DNA of 52,768 nt from Calditrichia bacterium. GTDB lineage: Bacteria; Calditrichota; Calditrichia; JAJRVZ01. Below, piece by piece: positions 9,992-20,650 of the stretch. How positions within the stretch are numbered: position 1 is the first letter of the stretch; each line of letters opens with the position of its first letter. A model generated the notes under the pieces. It saw only the letters and a program-made list of their open reading frames with translations, ran no database searches and was not told where the DNA came from. The position numbers and the translations under genes were made by a program. Where the stretch lies: assembly GCA_963777955.1 (NCBI GenBank), contig CAVZSQ010000006.1:1-52768 (forward strand), written 5' to 3'.

Positions 9992-10531
9992 ATGGAAGAA
10001 GATACCATGTGGGGTAATATTTTCCGCAAGAAAGAAAAACAGAGTGATGATATCTATACGCTGCTGGAAAAAATTCCGATCTTCCAGGATCTGAACAAAC
10101 GGGAATTGCGGGCCATTGAAAGGATCCTGCACCAGCGTACCTATGCGGCCAATGAACCGATTTTTAATGAAGGGGATGCCGGCGTGGGTATGTTCATCAT
10201 TGTCGCCGGAAGGGTAAATATTATTCTGGGTAAAGATCAGAAGTTGCTGGCCACCCTGTCTAATGGTGAATTTTTCGGCGAGATGGCCTTGCTCTCGGAA
10301 GTCCCGCGTACCGCCGCGGCTATTACTTCTCTTGAATCTCAAATACTTGGTTTTTTCCAGCCGGATCTTTTTGGACTCATGGAAACTAATCCGCGGCTCG
10401 GGAATAAGATCTTGTTCCGTCTGGCCCAGATGATTGCGGATCGTCTGCGCTTTTCCAACCTGGAAAATCAACAATTAAAATCAAAACTGGCCCGTCCCGA
10501 AGATAAATCTAAAGAAAAAAAGGTGTCCTGA
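9992..10531 (+). CDS. Cyclic nucleotide-binding domain protein (no HTH)
   Basis: IFNEGDAG, GEFFGEMALL...PRTA; RBS CAGGAG before ATG 9992. Confidence 0.88.
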   Translation: MEEDTMWGNIFRKKEKQSDDIYTLLEKIPIFQDLNKRELRAIERILHQRTYAANEPIFNEGDAGVGMFIIVAGRVNIILGKDQKLLATLSNGEFFGEMALLSEVPRTAAAITSLESQILGFFQPDLFGLMETNPRLGNKILFRLAQMIADRLRFSNLENQQLKSKLARPEDKSKEKKVS

Positions 10532-11568
10532 TGGATGTAACCGTCGGTAGATTTTTACGCTTTGTAGTAATATTATTTTTCCTCATCATTATCGGCTGGT
10601 TGATGTACAAATTAGCCGATCTGCTGACTGTGGTGATCGTCTCCTTTCTGATAGCCTATATACTGGATCCAGTGGCCAGTTTCATGGAAGCCAAGGGTTT
10701 ATCCCGTTCTAACGCTACCACCATAATTTTTCTGGTATTTTTTCTGATTATCGCCCTCAACATCTGGCTGGTTCTGCCCGGAGTTTTCAGCCAACTTTTT
10801 GTGCTGCAGAAACAATTGAGCACCGGCGGAACAGATAATATGATTCTGGCCCTCCAGGATTTTATCAAAAATTCAGTCGGGGCATTTGATGTGGAGTCCA
10901 TCGACTTAAAAGGAAAGATGGAATCTTTCATGGCCGTGATTTCTGAAGAAGTGCTGGTTATTCTCAGTAATATCGGTTCGATTTTGTCTGCGGTGGCGAT
11001 TATTCCTTTCGTGGTTTATTTCTTCCTGCGCGATGGCCGCAACATGAAAAAAGTATTTATCTCGTATATACCGAACCGCTATTTCGAAATTACTTTGAAC
11101 ATTATGCATAAAATCGACGGCCAGTTGGGCGGTTATCTGCGCGGCCAGTTTACCGAAGCCACGGTGGTTGGCTTACTGGGTACGATCGCCCTGTTAATCT
11201 TGAATGTAAAATACTCGATCATCATCGGTATATTCGCCGGCCTGGCCAATATGATTCCCTACGTGGGACCGGTGGCCGGTGCAGTACCGGCTATTATTGT
11301 GACCCTGGTCAATGGCGGCAGTATGACTACTATTATTTATATTGCCGTGGCCTTCGCCCTCGTACAATTTATCGATAACATGATCGTCCAGCCGATCGTC
11401 TTATCCAAATCGGTCGATTTACACCCGCTGATCATTGTTTTTGCCGTGCTGATCGGGGGGAAATTTTTTGGATTGCTGGGATTAGTACTGGCTGTACCGG
11501 TCGCCGGCATGATTAAAGTCACTTCCAGTGAAATATACTATGGCATAAAAAAGTTCCGGCATTTGTAG
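10531..11568 (+). CDS. AI-2E family transporter
   Basis: IAYILDP, YFFLRDG, GYLRGQ, IPYVGP, P.VLSKSVDLHP, LAVP motifs. Confidence 0.92.
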   Translation: MDVTVGRFLRFVVILFFLIIIGWLMYKLADLLTVVIVSFLIAYILDPVASFMEAKGLSRSNATTIIFLVFFLIIALNIWLVLPGVFSQLFVLQKQLSTGGTDNMILALQDFIKNSVGAFDVESIDLKGKMESFMAVISEEVLVILSNIGSILSAVAIIPFVVYFFLRDGRNMKKVFISYIPNRYFEITLNIMHKIDGQLGGYLRGQFTEATVVGLLGTIALLILNVKYSIIIGIFAGLANMIPYVGPVAGAVPAIIVTLVNGGSMTTIIYIAVAFALVQFIDNMIVQPIVLSKSVDLHPLIIVFAVLIGGKFFGLLGLVLAVPVAGMIKVTSSEIYYGIKKFRHL

Positions 11569-11573
11569 ATCCG

Positions 11574-12266
11574 TTGATCCCTTCGATCAAAATATGTTTT
11601 TCTGATCTGATCACCGCCAGGCTGCCCGGACTGTGCCTGGGAAATCTGGTTGCTGAAAATCTTACCGTAACCAAACAATCCACGCTGGTCGATTCAGCCT
11701 CACAGGAATTAACACAATTCATTCTGGAGAAATTCGCCGGGAAACCGCCTTCTGCCGATGCGGTGATCTCGGCGGTGCGGCGTATGTACCGGCGCATCGG
11801 CTGGGAACCGACCCGGTACCGTCCAGCCGCTGAAGCCCTGATCCGCAGGATACTGAAAGGGAGCGGGCTTTATCAGATCAATAACCTGGTCGACCTGGCT
11901 AATATTACTTCAACCCGCTTTCACTTGCCGATGGGTTTATATGACCTCGATAAAATTGAGCCGGGTATCGAGGTAGACGTGGGCCGGGCCGGGGAATCTT
12001 ATCAGGGTATCTATAAAGATCTCATTCACGCCGAAGGTAAACTGGTGCTGCGCGATAGCGAGGGCATTTTCGGCAATCCGACAGCCGACTCCGCCAGAAC
12101 CTGTATTAACCCGGATACCAGAAATATCCTGGCTGTTTTTTTCACCCCGGCGGAGATTGAGCAATCATACCTCGATCAAACTTTGGCTGCCCTGACTGCC
12201 TTATATCAACAGGAATGCCCGCAAAGCCGCATTGAAAGATTTTATGTAAAACCAGTGATTACTTAA
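11574..12266 (+). CDS. Free-standing B3/B4 (PheT editing-like) domain protein
   Basis: YRRIG.EPTRYRPAAEALIRR, INNLVDLAN, LPMGLYDLDKI. Confidence 0.88.
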   Translation: MIPSIKICFSDLITARLPGLCLGNLVAENLTVTKQSTLVDSASQELTQFILEKFAGKPPSADAVISAVRRMYRRIGWEPTRYRPAAEALIRRILKGSGLYQINNLVDLANITSTRFHLPMGLYDLDKIEPGIEVDVGRAGESYQGIYKDLIHAEGKLVLRDSEGIFGNPTADSARTCINPDTRNILAVFFTPAEIEQSYLDQTLAALTALYQQECPQSRIERFYVKPVIT

Positions 12267-12275
12267 AAGGCTAAT

Positions 12276-13184
12276 ATGGTCAGCAAAAGCAGTCCGCTTA
12301 TTTTTGGTGAAGTATTATTTGATGTCTATGTTGAATCTCAGGAAAAGTTAGGTGGCGCGCCTTTTAACGTGGCCTGGCATCTGCAAGCCTTTGGGCTGAA
12401 CCCGCTGTTTATAAGCAAAGTAGGTTCAGATATCCGGGGCAAAAACATTCTTGCGGCCATGCAAAAATGGCAAATGTCTACCGCGGGGATAACTGTCGAC
12501 CAGGTTTATCCAACCGGAACAGTTGCAGTCACAAATAAAAATGGAGAACCGGTATTTACTATTCTGGATCAACAGGCCTATGATCAGATCGAATTCCAAC
12601 CTGTTTGTAATGTCACAAATCTCAAAGATCATCCGCTGCTATATTATGGAACCCTGGCAACCAGGAATATGGTTTCAGCCAGCACACTGGAAAAAATCAA
12701 ACGTAATTATTCCGGGATGATTTTTGTCGATATCAACTTGCGCAAGCCCTGGTGGAACAGGCACTTGGTTTTATCCGCCATCAGCCAGGCTGGTTGGTTA
12801 AAATGCAATGATACTGAATTCAGGATTATACAGTCAACACTGCCTATGGATTCTGAATCCGAAGACCATACGGCACTGAAACTTATTGCTCAGTTTAATC
12901 TGCAGGCCATTATTATTACCAGTGGGGTTAAAGGAGCCTGTATCTATACTCGACGAGATGAAAAACTCATTGCTCAGCCTGCTGCTGGCAGCGCGGTTCT
13001 TGATACGGTGGGCGCCGGAGATGCTTTCAGTGCGGTTATAATACTGGGTATATTGAAAAAATGGGATCTTTCACTCACTTTGCAACGGGGAGTCAATTTT
13101 GCAGCACAAATTTGCGGAATTAAAGGGGCTGTTCCCGATCACATAAAATTTTATACCCCGTTTCTTCGTGAATGGAATTTGTAA
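12276..13184 (+). CDS. PfkB-family carbohydrate kinase (fructokinase-like)
   Basis: FGEVLFD, LGGAPFNVA, DINLR.P, DTVGAGDAFSA. Confidence 0.9.
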   Translation: MVSKSSPLIFGEVLFDVYVESQEKLGGAPFNVAWHLQAFGLNPLFISKVGSDIRGKNILAAMQKWQMSTAGITVDQVYPTGTVAVTNKNGEPVFTILDQQAYDQIEFQPVCNVTNLKDHPLLYYGTLATRNMVSASTLEKIKRNYSGMIFVDINLRKPWWNRHLVLSAISQAGWLKCNDTEFRIIQSTLPMDSESEDHTALKLIAQFNLQAIIITSGVKGACIYTRRDEKLIAQPAAGSAVLDTVGAGDAFSAVIILGILKKWDLSLTLQRGVNFAAQICGIKGAVPDHIKFYTPFLREWNL

Positions 13185-13208
13185 TTAATAGAATTATAGC
13201 CCTGCCGA

Positions 13209-14174
13209 TCAGGAATGAATTGCTTTATACTTTTGGCCCTGCCAGCTATTGCGGCGTTCAAATTCCTGCCCGATGTCATGCAGGATTTCCGTGTTGCTCT
13301 TATGCCACCGCGGGGCCAGCAACAAACCAGCAGGAGTTTCAGCGAATAAACGCTGGATAACTATGCGGGGATTTAATTTTTCCAGAAAAGAACAGACCAG
13401 ACTGATATACGCGGGGTAGGTAAACAATTCAAAAGGTTGTTGCAGGTATTGCCGGCCCAGCTCTGTATTTTTAACAATATGCAAATGATGAATCTTCAAA
13501 AAATTCATCGGGATATCAGCCAGTACTCCGGCCTCATTAAGCCATTGTGCCTGCGTCTCCCAGGGAAATCCCAGAATGATATGAGTACATACCTGAATTC
13601 CCCGCTGCCGGGTCAGCTCTACCGCGTGCAGATAAGACTGAAAATCATGCTGCCGGTTTATTTTTAACAGGGTATCATCATATATGGACTCCAGGCCATA
13701 TTCAATGGTAATATCAAAGTTTCGGGCTAACTCGGCCAGATAGTCTAATTTCTGTTCATCAACGCAATCGGGCCGCGTACCGATGGTCAGGCCGATTACC
13801 CCCGGATGTGCCGCCAATGCTTCCTGATAATAAGCCTTTAATTTTTCCAGGGGGGCGTAGGTATTGCTGTAGGGTTGAAAATATACGAAGTATTTTTGTG
13901 CTTTATAGCGCCGCTGTAAAATCTGTATACCTTCGTTAACCTGCCGGTGAATACCCTTGGCCGGATCATTACCGGCCGGATTGAAACTATCATTGTTGCA
14001 ATAAATACAACCGCCGCTGGCCAGCGTTCCATCGCGGTTAGGACAACTGAATCCGGCATCTACCGTCACTTTTTGAACACGCTCACCGTATTTACCTAAA
14101 ATAAAATCGCTGTAGGCATTATAATATTTTCCCTGAAATTCAGTTCTGCCTTTCATCTTAATCCCGGTATTCAT
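13209..14174 (-). CDS. TIGR01212 (YhcC-like) radical SAM protein
   Basis: DAGFSCPNRDGT...GGCIYC, YFQPYSNTY, IGTRPDC, HIILGFP. Confidence 0.92.
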   Translation of the reverse strand: MNTGIKMKGRTEFQGKYYNAYSDFILGKYGERVQKVTVDAGFSCPNRDGTLASGGCIYCNNDSFNPAGNDPAKGIHRQVNEGIQILQRRYKAQKYFVYFQPYSNTYAPLEKLKAYYQEALAAHPGVIGLTIGTRPDCVDEQKLDYLAELARNFDITIEYGLESIYDDTLLKINRQHDFQSYLHAVELTRQRGIQVCTHIILGFPWETQAQWLNEAGVLADIPMNFLKIHHLHIVKNTELGRQYLQQPFELFTYPAYISLVCSFLEKLNPRIVIQRLFAETPAGLLLAPRWHKSNTEILHDIGQEFERRNSWQGQKYKAIHS

Positions 14175-14339
14175 AACTACGGCTCCGACAGCTGCCTTTA
14201 TTTTTTTTTGGAATCAATTTATAATAAACCTAAATTAGCCCAGCCATTGATGAATATTATCGATAGTATAATGGATTATTCAATTACAGGCAATATCGTT
14301 GAACTGACTCAGGATCTGCTGAGTTAACCAGGAAAGAAT

Positions 14340-16427
14340 GTGCATTCTTTAGAAAAATTTTTAGCCCCCGCATCTATTGCCATAATCGGTGCTTCCCGCC
14401 GCGAGGGGAGCCTGGGCAAAATGTTCCTGGATGCCGTGGTAAAAATGTCTTTTACAGGTAAAATTTTCCCCGTTAATCCCAAGGCCGACCGGATAGATGA
14501 TTTGCCCTGCTATGCCGATATTTTTTCTCTGCCTGAAACACCTGATTTAGCGGTCATCTTGCTGCCAAAAGAATTCGTGCTGCCGGCGATTGAGGAACTG
14601 ATCCAAAAAGGTTCAGAACACGTGATCGTAATCAGTGCCGGTTTCAGGGAAGTCGGCGGTGCGGGCATCGAACTGGAAAACAAGTTACTGCAACTGATCA
14701 AATCAAAGCGGATGCGCATGATCGGCCCGAATTGTATGGGCATATTCAACACGCATCCGCAGGTCCGCTTGAATGCCACTTTTTCTCCCACCCAACCTTA
14801 CCCGGGACATATCGGTTTTATTTCACAAAGCGGCGCCCTGGGTGTGGCCGTGCTGGAACTGGCCAAAACCAGCCAATTGGGATTTTCCATATTTGTCAGT
14901 ACCGGCAATAAAGCCGATATCAGCGATGTTGATGTACTGGAATATCTGGGTAACGATGACAATACCCGCGTCATTGCCTTATACCAGGAGAGCATTGACC
15001 ATCCCGATGAATTCAGAAAGATCAGTGCCGGGATCGTACCTCATAAACCGGTCCTGACCCTGAAAGCCGGCCGCACCGGCAGCGGACTGCGCGCCGCCTC
15101 CTCCCACACCGGGGCGCTGGCTGCCGATGACCTGCTCAGCGCTGCTTATCTAAAACAGTGCGGATTGCTGCGCTGTGAAACTTTGCAGGAATTGACCGAT
15201 ACAGCCCTGGCTTTTTCACGACAGGTGCCGCCTGCCGATAACCGGATTGCGATAATTACCAATTCCGGAGGTCCGGCCATTCTGGCCAGCGATACCATTG
15301 AGAATTGCGGATTACAATTGCCCTTATTAACTGGCGAAACCATCGAGCAACTGCGGCAAGTTCTACCGGCAGAAGCAGCCTGCAGCAATCCCGTGGATAT
15401 GATCGCCAGCGCTATCCATGACACCTATAAAAAAGTTTACAGCCTGGTCGAAAAAGATCCCAATATAGACGCGGTTATTGCCATTATTGTCAAACCGCCG
15501 ACTGGAACCACTCCTGAAAAAATAATTGAAGAACTGTCAGCACTGATCAAAGCCTCAGCCAAACCGTTTTTTGTGGTATTGATGGCTGCCGCGGAGGATC
15601 AACTTGCCTATAAATTATGCCAGCGATATTCTATCCCGGTATTTAATTATCCGGAAACAGCTGCCGCCGTTCTGGGAAAAATGTGGAAATATCAGCAAAT
15701 CAAAAAGAATTTTACAGACAAAAAACCTGCGGGCAACCAACAGCGAAAACAGATCGATGCGAATAAAAAAACTGTACAGGCATCTTTTAGCACAATCGCG
15801 GCAAGACTGCTTAAATATAAATTACCCTTAGTACCGCACCTGTTGACTTATGATAAAACAGCCTGTATCGATTTCCATAAAAAACACGGCCCGATAGTGC
15901 TGAAAATCGCTAATCCCGAGATCATCCATAAATCGGATACCGGTCTGGTTTTTCTCAATCTGTCCGAGGCCCGCTCCATCTCCACGGCCTACGATCAACT
16001 GTTAAACTCTGCGACCGGCCTGTTACCTGCGGGCAGTAAAGCGCAGGTTCTGGTTCAGCAAATGATACCTGCCGGCCTGGAACTGGTCTTAGGCTATAAG
16101 TACGATCCATTATACGGAAACGTTATTATGTTTGGAATCGGAGGAGTATTAATCGATTTATACAAAGATGTCGCCTTCCGCATATTACCCCTGGATGACC
16201 TGGAGATCAGGAGCATGATTGCCGAGGTAAAGGGTTATGGACTTCTGACCGGGTATCGCCGGGGACCGGTATTTGATCTGGACAAACTGGTACAGATCAT
16301 TCAGCGCTTTACGGAACTGGTTTCGGAAAATATGGATATAACCGAAATGGATCTCAATCCTCTGATCTGGCCTGCTGATTCCCCGTCCCCGGTCATCGTT
16401 GACAGCCGTATGACACTGCAAAATTGA
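14340..16427 (+). CDS. Acetate--CoA ligase (ADP-forming) family, fused alpha/beta subunits
   Basis: CoA-binding IAIIGAS, IGPNCMG, ISQSGA, ASSHTGA, NPVD and ATP-grasp IHKSD..., DLNP. Confidence 0.9.
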   Translation: MHSLEKFLAPASIAIIGASRREGSLGKMFLDAVVKMSFTGKIFPVNPKADRIDDLPCYADIFSLPETPDLAVILLPKEFVLPAIEELIQKGSEHVIVISAGFREVGGAGIELENKLLQLIKSKRMRMIGPNCMGIFNTHPQVRLNATFSPTQPYPGHIGFISQSGALGVAVLELAKTSQLGFSIFVSTGNKADISDVDVLEYLGNDDNTRVIALYQESIDHPDEFRKISAGIVPHKPVLTLKAGRTGSGLRAASSHTGALAADDLLSAAYLKQCGLLRCETLQELTDTALAFSRQVPPADNRIAIITNSGGPAILASDTIENCGLQLPLLTGETIEQLRQVLPAEAACSNPVDMIASAIHDTYKKVYSLVEKDPNIDAVIAIIVKPPTGTTPEKIIEELSALIKASAKPFFVVLMAAAEDQLAYKLCQRYSIPVFNYPETAAAVLGKMWKYQQIKKNFTDKKPAGNQQRKQIDANKKTVQASFSTIAARLLKYKLPLVPHLLTYDKTACIDFHKKHGPIVLKIANPEIIHKSDTGLVFLNLSEARSISTAYDQLLNSATGLLPAGSKAQVLVQQMIPAGLELVLGYKYDPLYGNVIMFGIGGVLIDLYKDVAFRILPLDDLEIRSMIAEVKGYGLLTGYRRGPVFDLDKLVQIIQRFTELVSENMDITEMDLNPLIWPADSPSPVIVDSRMTLQN

Positions 16428-18469
16428 AAACAAGAATGCCCCGACTCTATAATTTATTATTCATTATACTCTTTTTAATACCCGGCCAGTTGCTGCGGGC
16501 CCAGAACTACCTGTGGCCAACCAATGCCAGTAATTTTGTATCATCAAGTTTTTGTGAATTCCGTGAAGGACATTATCACTCGGCCATCGATATCAAGACC
16601 TGGCTGCGTGAAGGTTTCCCCTGTTATGCTATTGCCGACGGGTATGTCGAACGAATCCGTGTCTCCCCGACCGGATACGGCAAGGTCATTTACCTGAAAC
16701 TGACCGACGGCAATACCGCTGTGTACGCTCATTTACAGCGATTCGCCGCTCCCCTGGAAGCAATCATTCACAATTGGCAGGTACAACATCAAAGTTATAC
16801 CCTCGATCTATCCATGGACAGCATCAAATTCAAGCAGGGAGAAATTATTGCTTATAATGGCGGGACAGGCGTCGGTCCGCCCCACCTGCATTTTGAAATC
16901 AGGAATCAGCAGGGTCATCCGGTTAATCCTTTACAGTTCTATCCTCAACATCAGGATCCCCTGCCGCCCGGTTTAAAAGGCGTGATCTGCATTCCCCTTT
17001 CAGCCGGGGCCAGCATCAATGGCAGTTATCTGCCCCGGAAATTTCCATTAGTGCGCACGCGCGAAGGCCACTATACCGTGCAGCAGCCTGTCCGGATCAA
17101 AGGTGCGGTGGGACTGGGGATCAAGGGATTTGACCAGGCAGTCGAGTTGGGTAACAGTTTCGGTTTTTACCAGACACTGCTGATCGTTAATACCGATACA
17201 GTTTTTAACATCCGCTATGATGAATTCGACTTTGACCAGACTATTCATATCAATAGCGAGATCTATTATCCCCAGTGGATCCGCTCCGGCGAAGTGTACC
17301 ATAAACTATATATTGATGATTATAATCCCCTTGGTTTTTACCAGCGCCGGCAGCAGGAAAACGGAATCATCACCATGGGGGATAAGGCAATTCCCATTTC
17401 AATTCTGGTCAAAGATATCCGCTCGAATACGAGTTTGTGTAAATTGGAATTACGCCCCGATACAACCACAGATCTGTATATCGAAGACCGGCAACAATCG
17501 GCGCAGACTTTATCTCTGCGGACTGACAGTACATATTTCTTAAAACAGGAACCTGAATTTCATTTTTTAGGCAGTGCACTGGTTTTGCGTTTCAGACACC
17601 TGGCTAATTACGGGACAATTAAATCAGCATCCCGGCAAATGGAATTTCCCCTGCGCAAAACCGATCAGGATTACAGCGAAGTTATGCTGCCCGGTGATCT
17701 GCTCAGCGGGGAAAATCACCGCTTAAAATTATATTCATCGCTTGTTCCCGGCTGGTCCGCCGATATCGAAATGCATCAACTTTATCCGGGTATTCAGCAA
17801 ACCTTCGCCTGGTTTGATTCCGCCCTGGTTATGACCACCTCCGCTGAATCTGTTGTGGATACTGTGCTGATTACGGCAGACACCCTTTCGGCAGCCACCA
17901 TCACGACCTGCATGTCCGGCGTGCCGGACATGCCCGTGATCGGGCCGGTGTATCAACTCCGGCCGGTTAATTTTCCCTGGTATGCTGATTTCCTGCTGCA
18001 ACTCCGCGTCGATCGCACCGGCCTGCCCCGCTGGGGGAAATGGTCGATCTACCAGGTTGAATCTTCCGGTAAAATTTCATATTTACCCGCTGTAATCGAC
18101 TCAGTCAATTTGACTTTATCCACCCGGGCCTCATCATTCGGCAGGTTTCTGATTGCCAGTGACACTCTGCCGCCCCTGCTGGAGATTATGTCGCCGCAAA
18201 ACGGTCAGGAATATGCCGGGAATCCGAAGATTAAACTCAAACTGGACGATCTGCATTCCGGGATCGGGTCGGAACGGAACATATCGCTCTCCATGGACGG
18301 TAATTATGTTATTCCGGAATGGGACCCTGAAAAAAATGTAATCATAACCGGCTATGATGCACCGCTGGCACCGGGTGCACATACTTTTACCGTTTCGTTA
18401 AAAGACCGCAGCGGCAACATCAATCGCCAGGCCGTCCGTTTCAAGATAAAAAATTCCTTGAAAAAATGA
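16424..18469 (+). CDS. M23 family metallopeptidase with C-terminal extension
   Basis: HSAIDIK, YAHL and PHLHFEIR zinc motifs; signal peptide; DTLPP Ig-like C-terminus. Confidence 0.85.
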   Translation: MKTRMPRLYNLLFIILFLIPGQLLRAQNYLWPTNASNFVSSSFCEFREGHYHSAIDIKTWLREGFPCYAIADGYVERIRVSPTGYGKVIYLKLTDGNTAVYAHLQRFAAPLEAIIHNWQVQHQSYTLDLSMDSIKFKQGEIIAYNGGTGVGPPHLHFEIRNQQGHPVNPLQFYPQHQDPLPPGLKGVICIPLSAGASINGSYLPRKFPLVRTREGHYTVQQPVRIKGAVGLGIKGFDQAVELGNSFGFYQTLLIVNTDTVFNIRYDEFDFDQTIHINSEIYYPQWIRSGEVYHKLYIDDYNPLGFYQRRQQENGIITMGDKAIPISILVKDIRSNTSLCKLELRPDTTTDLYIEDRQQSAQTLSLRTDSTYFLKQEPEFHFLGSALVLRFRHLANYGTIKSASRQMEFPLRKTDQDYSEVMLPGDLLSGENHRLKLYSSLVPGWSADIEMHQLYPGIQQTFAWFDSALVMTTSAESVVDTVLITADTLSAATITTCMSGVPDMPVIGPVYQLRPVNFPWYADFLLQLRVDRTGLPRWGKWSIYQVESSGKISYLPAVIDSVNLTLSTRASSFGRFLIASDTLPPLLEIMSPQNGQEYAGNPKIKLKLDDLHSGIGSERNISLSMDGNYVIPEWDPEKNVIITGYDAPLAPGAHTFTVSLKDRSGNINRQAVRFKIKNSLKK

Positions 18470-18566
18470 CCGCAGGGGCAAATAATTTTATTACCTTGCC
18501 GGTTGTCAACTTGCCAATTGCTGTGTATATTGCCAGTAACGAGGGGATAATCAAATTAACGGTTCT

Positions 18567-19403
18567 ATGGTAGAAAGTCCGAAAATCAGGCCGGCAATGG
18601 TTGCCGGTATGTTTTATCCGCAGAAGAAAATTTCACTGGAACGGGAAATTGCTGTTTATCTGGAGAACTCTCCGGTACTGCCGATAAGCGGAAAGATTAG
18701 CGGGATGATTGTACCTCATGCCGGTTACATGTATTCAGGCGGGGTAGCCACCCGGGCTTACCGCCAGATCATGGATAGAGAAATTGATGTGGTGGCGGTA
18801 ATTTCTCCCAGCCACCGTGAGTATTTTACCGAGATCTCCATTTATGATGGTTATGGCTATTCCACGCCGCTGGGAATTATACCAGTAGAAAAAACCCTGG
18901 CCCATCAATTAGCCGAAGCGAGTCCGCAAATTATTCTGTCGGAAAAGGGACATCGCTTTGAGGAACATGCCCTGGAAGTACAACTGCCGATTCTGCAGGA
19001 AGTCCTGAACGATTTTAAAATTATTCCCATTGTCATGGGCGAGCACAGTTATGGTAATATCGAGACCCTGGCCAAGGCCCTGGCCGCAGTTTTAGCCGGC
19101 CGGAAAGCGTTACTGGTGGCCTCCTCCGACCTTTCCCATTTCTATCATGCTAAAAAAGCAGCGGTTCTTGATAATGTGGTAATTGACGATCTGAAAAATT
19201 TCGACGACGAAAAACTTTTCCAGGATCTGCAACAGGGGTATTGCGAGATGTGCGGCGGCGGTCCGGCTATAGCGGTAATGAAAGCCTGCAAATTGCTGGG
19301 CGCCAACAAGTCAGACGTTCTGATTTACCGGAACTCCGGTGATATAACCGGTGAATATGAAGAAGTGGTCGGTTATCTTTCAGCCCTTTTTTATCAGCAA
19401 TAG
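18567..19403 (+). CDS. amrB: AmmeMemoRadiSam system protein B (MEMO1 family)
   Basis: RPAMVAGMFYP, PHAGYMYSG, EHALEVQLP, ASSDLSHF, MCGGG, NSGD..VVGY. Confidence 0.93.
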   Translation: MVESPKIRPAMVAGMFYPQKKISLEREIAVYLENSPVLPISGKISGMIVPHAGYMYSGGVATRAYRQIMDREIDVVAVISPSHREYFTEISIYDGYGYSTPLGIIPVEKTLAHQLAEASPQIILSEKGHRFEEHALEVQLPILQEVLNDFKIIPIVMGEHSYGNIETLAKALAAVLAGRKALLVASSDLSHFYHAKKAAVLDNVVIDDLKNFDDEKLFQDLQQGYCEMCGGGPAIAVMKACKLLGANKSDVLIYRNSGDITGEYEEVVGYLSALFYQQ

Positions 19404-19619
19404 GACGGAATATTTCAATTAATTCCTGAAATGGCCTGGTCTGATGACAGAATAAAAAAAATCGCTGAATTGAAATTGGCCCTCAACTAATTCAATGACT
19501 AGCACACCAATCTAAAAGAAGATTATCCAATAAACTGATTTCAAAGTATTCTCCACCCGCCAACCCGATGGGAATTATCTACTTTATTTATCACCTTGCA
19601 TACAAAAAAGAAATACCGC

Positions 19620-20132
19620 TGCGCTGATGATCGAGTATGACCAATCATGCAAATCGTCCCTTGCATCAGGCGGTGGAAGAAATGGCTCTGACCACTGATT
19701 TTGAGCACGTTTCCGGCCTTTACAGTTTCGGAGAATTAAAAGATCTGCACAACGAGGATACCCGTCATGTCTCCGTTAAAAACAATCTTCAATATAGCTG
19801 ATATTGAAATCGGAAAACATGATCTGATAATCGAGCAGAATTTTTACCGGGGTAAACTTTTACCACAGGTGGCCATCGAACAGAAATAGGATATAATAAC
19901 ATTATTTAAAACAAACCTGTTTAAAAGGCGGATTGCCAAAATCCCTGGAAGCATTTTTATATCACCGGGATGGATACATGCCTCTTGCTGCGCAAAACTA
20001 TTTCCCAAGGTGCTTAATTTCGGTAATGTATTTGATGATAGTCTAATCCATGTATTAAATTCTGCAAAATTCCAGGATTTTCGGAAAAACTGGTTGGAAA
20101 AAAATATTCCTTCTTTTTGCGATAGATGTTAG
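19620..20132 (+). pseudogene. Decayed radical SAM/SPASM-domain gene
   Basis: Manual translation of the 3' end gives CCAKLFPKVLNFGNVFDDSLIHVLNSAKFQDFRKNWLEKNIPSFCDRC* (SPASM-like). Remnant LMIE..TNH near 19625; multiple stops and frameshifts; 5' boundary approximate. Confidence 0.6.
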
Positions 20133-20218
20133 TTTTCTTTGTTAAGATTTGAATAATATTCTGTATATTTGTCCCGGATAACAGGAATAATCAGCACCGA
20201 TTATTTAATAGAACAGCT

Positions 20219-20629
20219 ATGACTCAAAGTAAGCACAAACCTGCGGCTAAATCCTTAAAGGAAGAGATGCCTTATCTGCTGCTGATCGATGACGACCAGA
20301 TGGTGCTGGATATCCTGAATGAAGTACTGCATTCCACCAAAGTTACCATCATTACGGCTCATAACGGTCAAGAAGCGCTGACGGTCTTCAAACAATACCG
20401 TAAAAAGATTAAATTAATTTTACTCGATTTGTTTTTACCCGATATCAGCGGCATTGAAATTTTTAAACAGATTATGGAAACCCGCAGCGATCTGAAGGTA
20501 ATCTTTATGAGCGGTTTTCCCGATCAGGATATACTGAAATTAAAAGAGTTACCCGGCGAGTTCGATTATATTCAAAAGCCGTTCTCCCTGCGGGATATTA
20601 AATCAAAAGTTCAAGAAATAATCAGCTGA
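20219..20629 (+). CDS. Single-domain response regulator (receiver)
   Basis: LLIDDD, ILLDLFLPDISG, IFMSG, IQKPF. Confidence 0.9.
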   Translation: MTQSKHKPAAKSLKEEMPYLLLIDDDQMVLDILNEVLHSTKVTIITAHNGQEALTVFKQYRKKIKLILLDLFLPDISGIEIFKQIMETRSDLKVIFMSGFPDQDILKLKELPGEFDYIQKPFSLRDIKSKVQEIIS

Positions 20630-20650
20630 ACCTTCGTCCTTTCACAAGTT

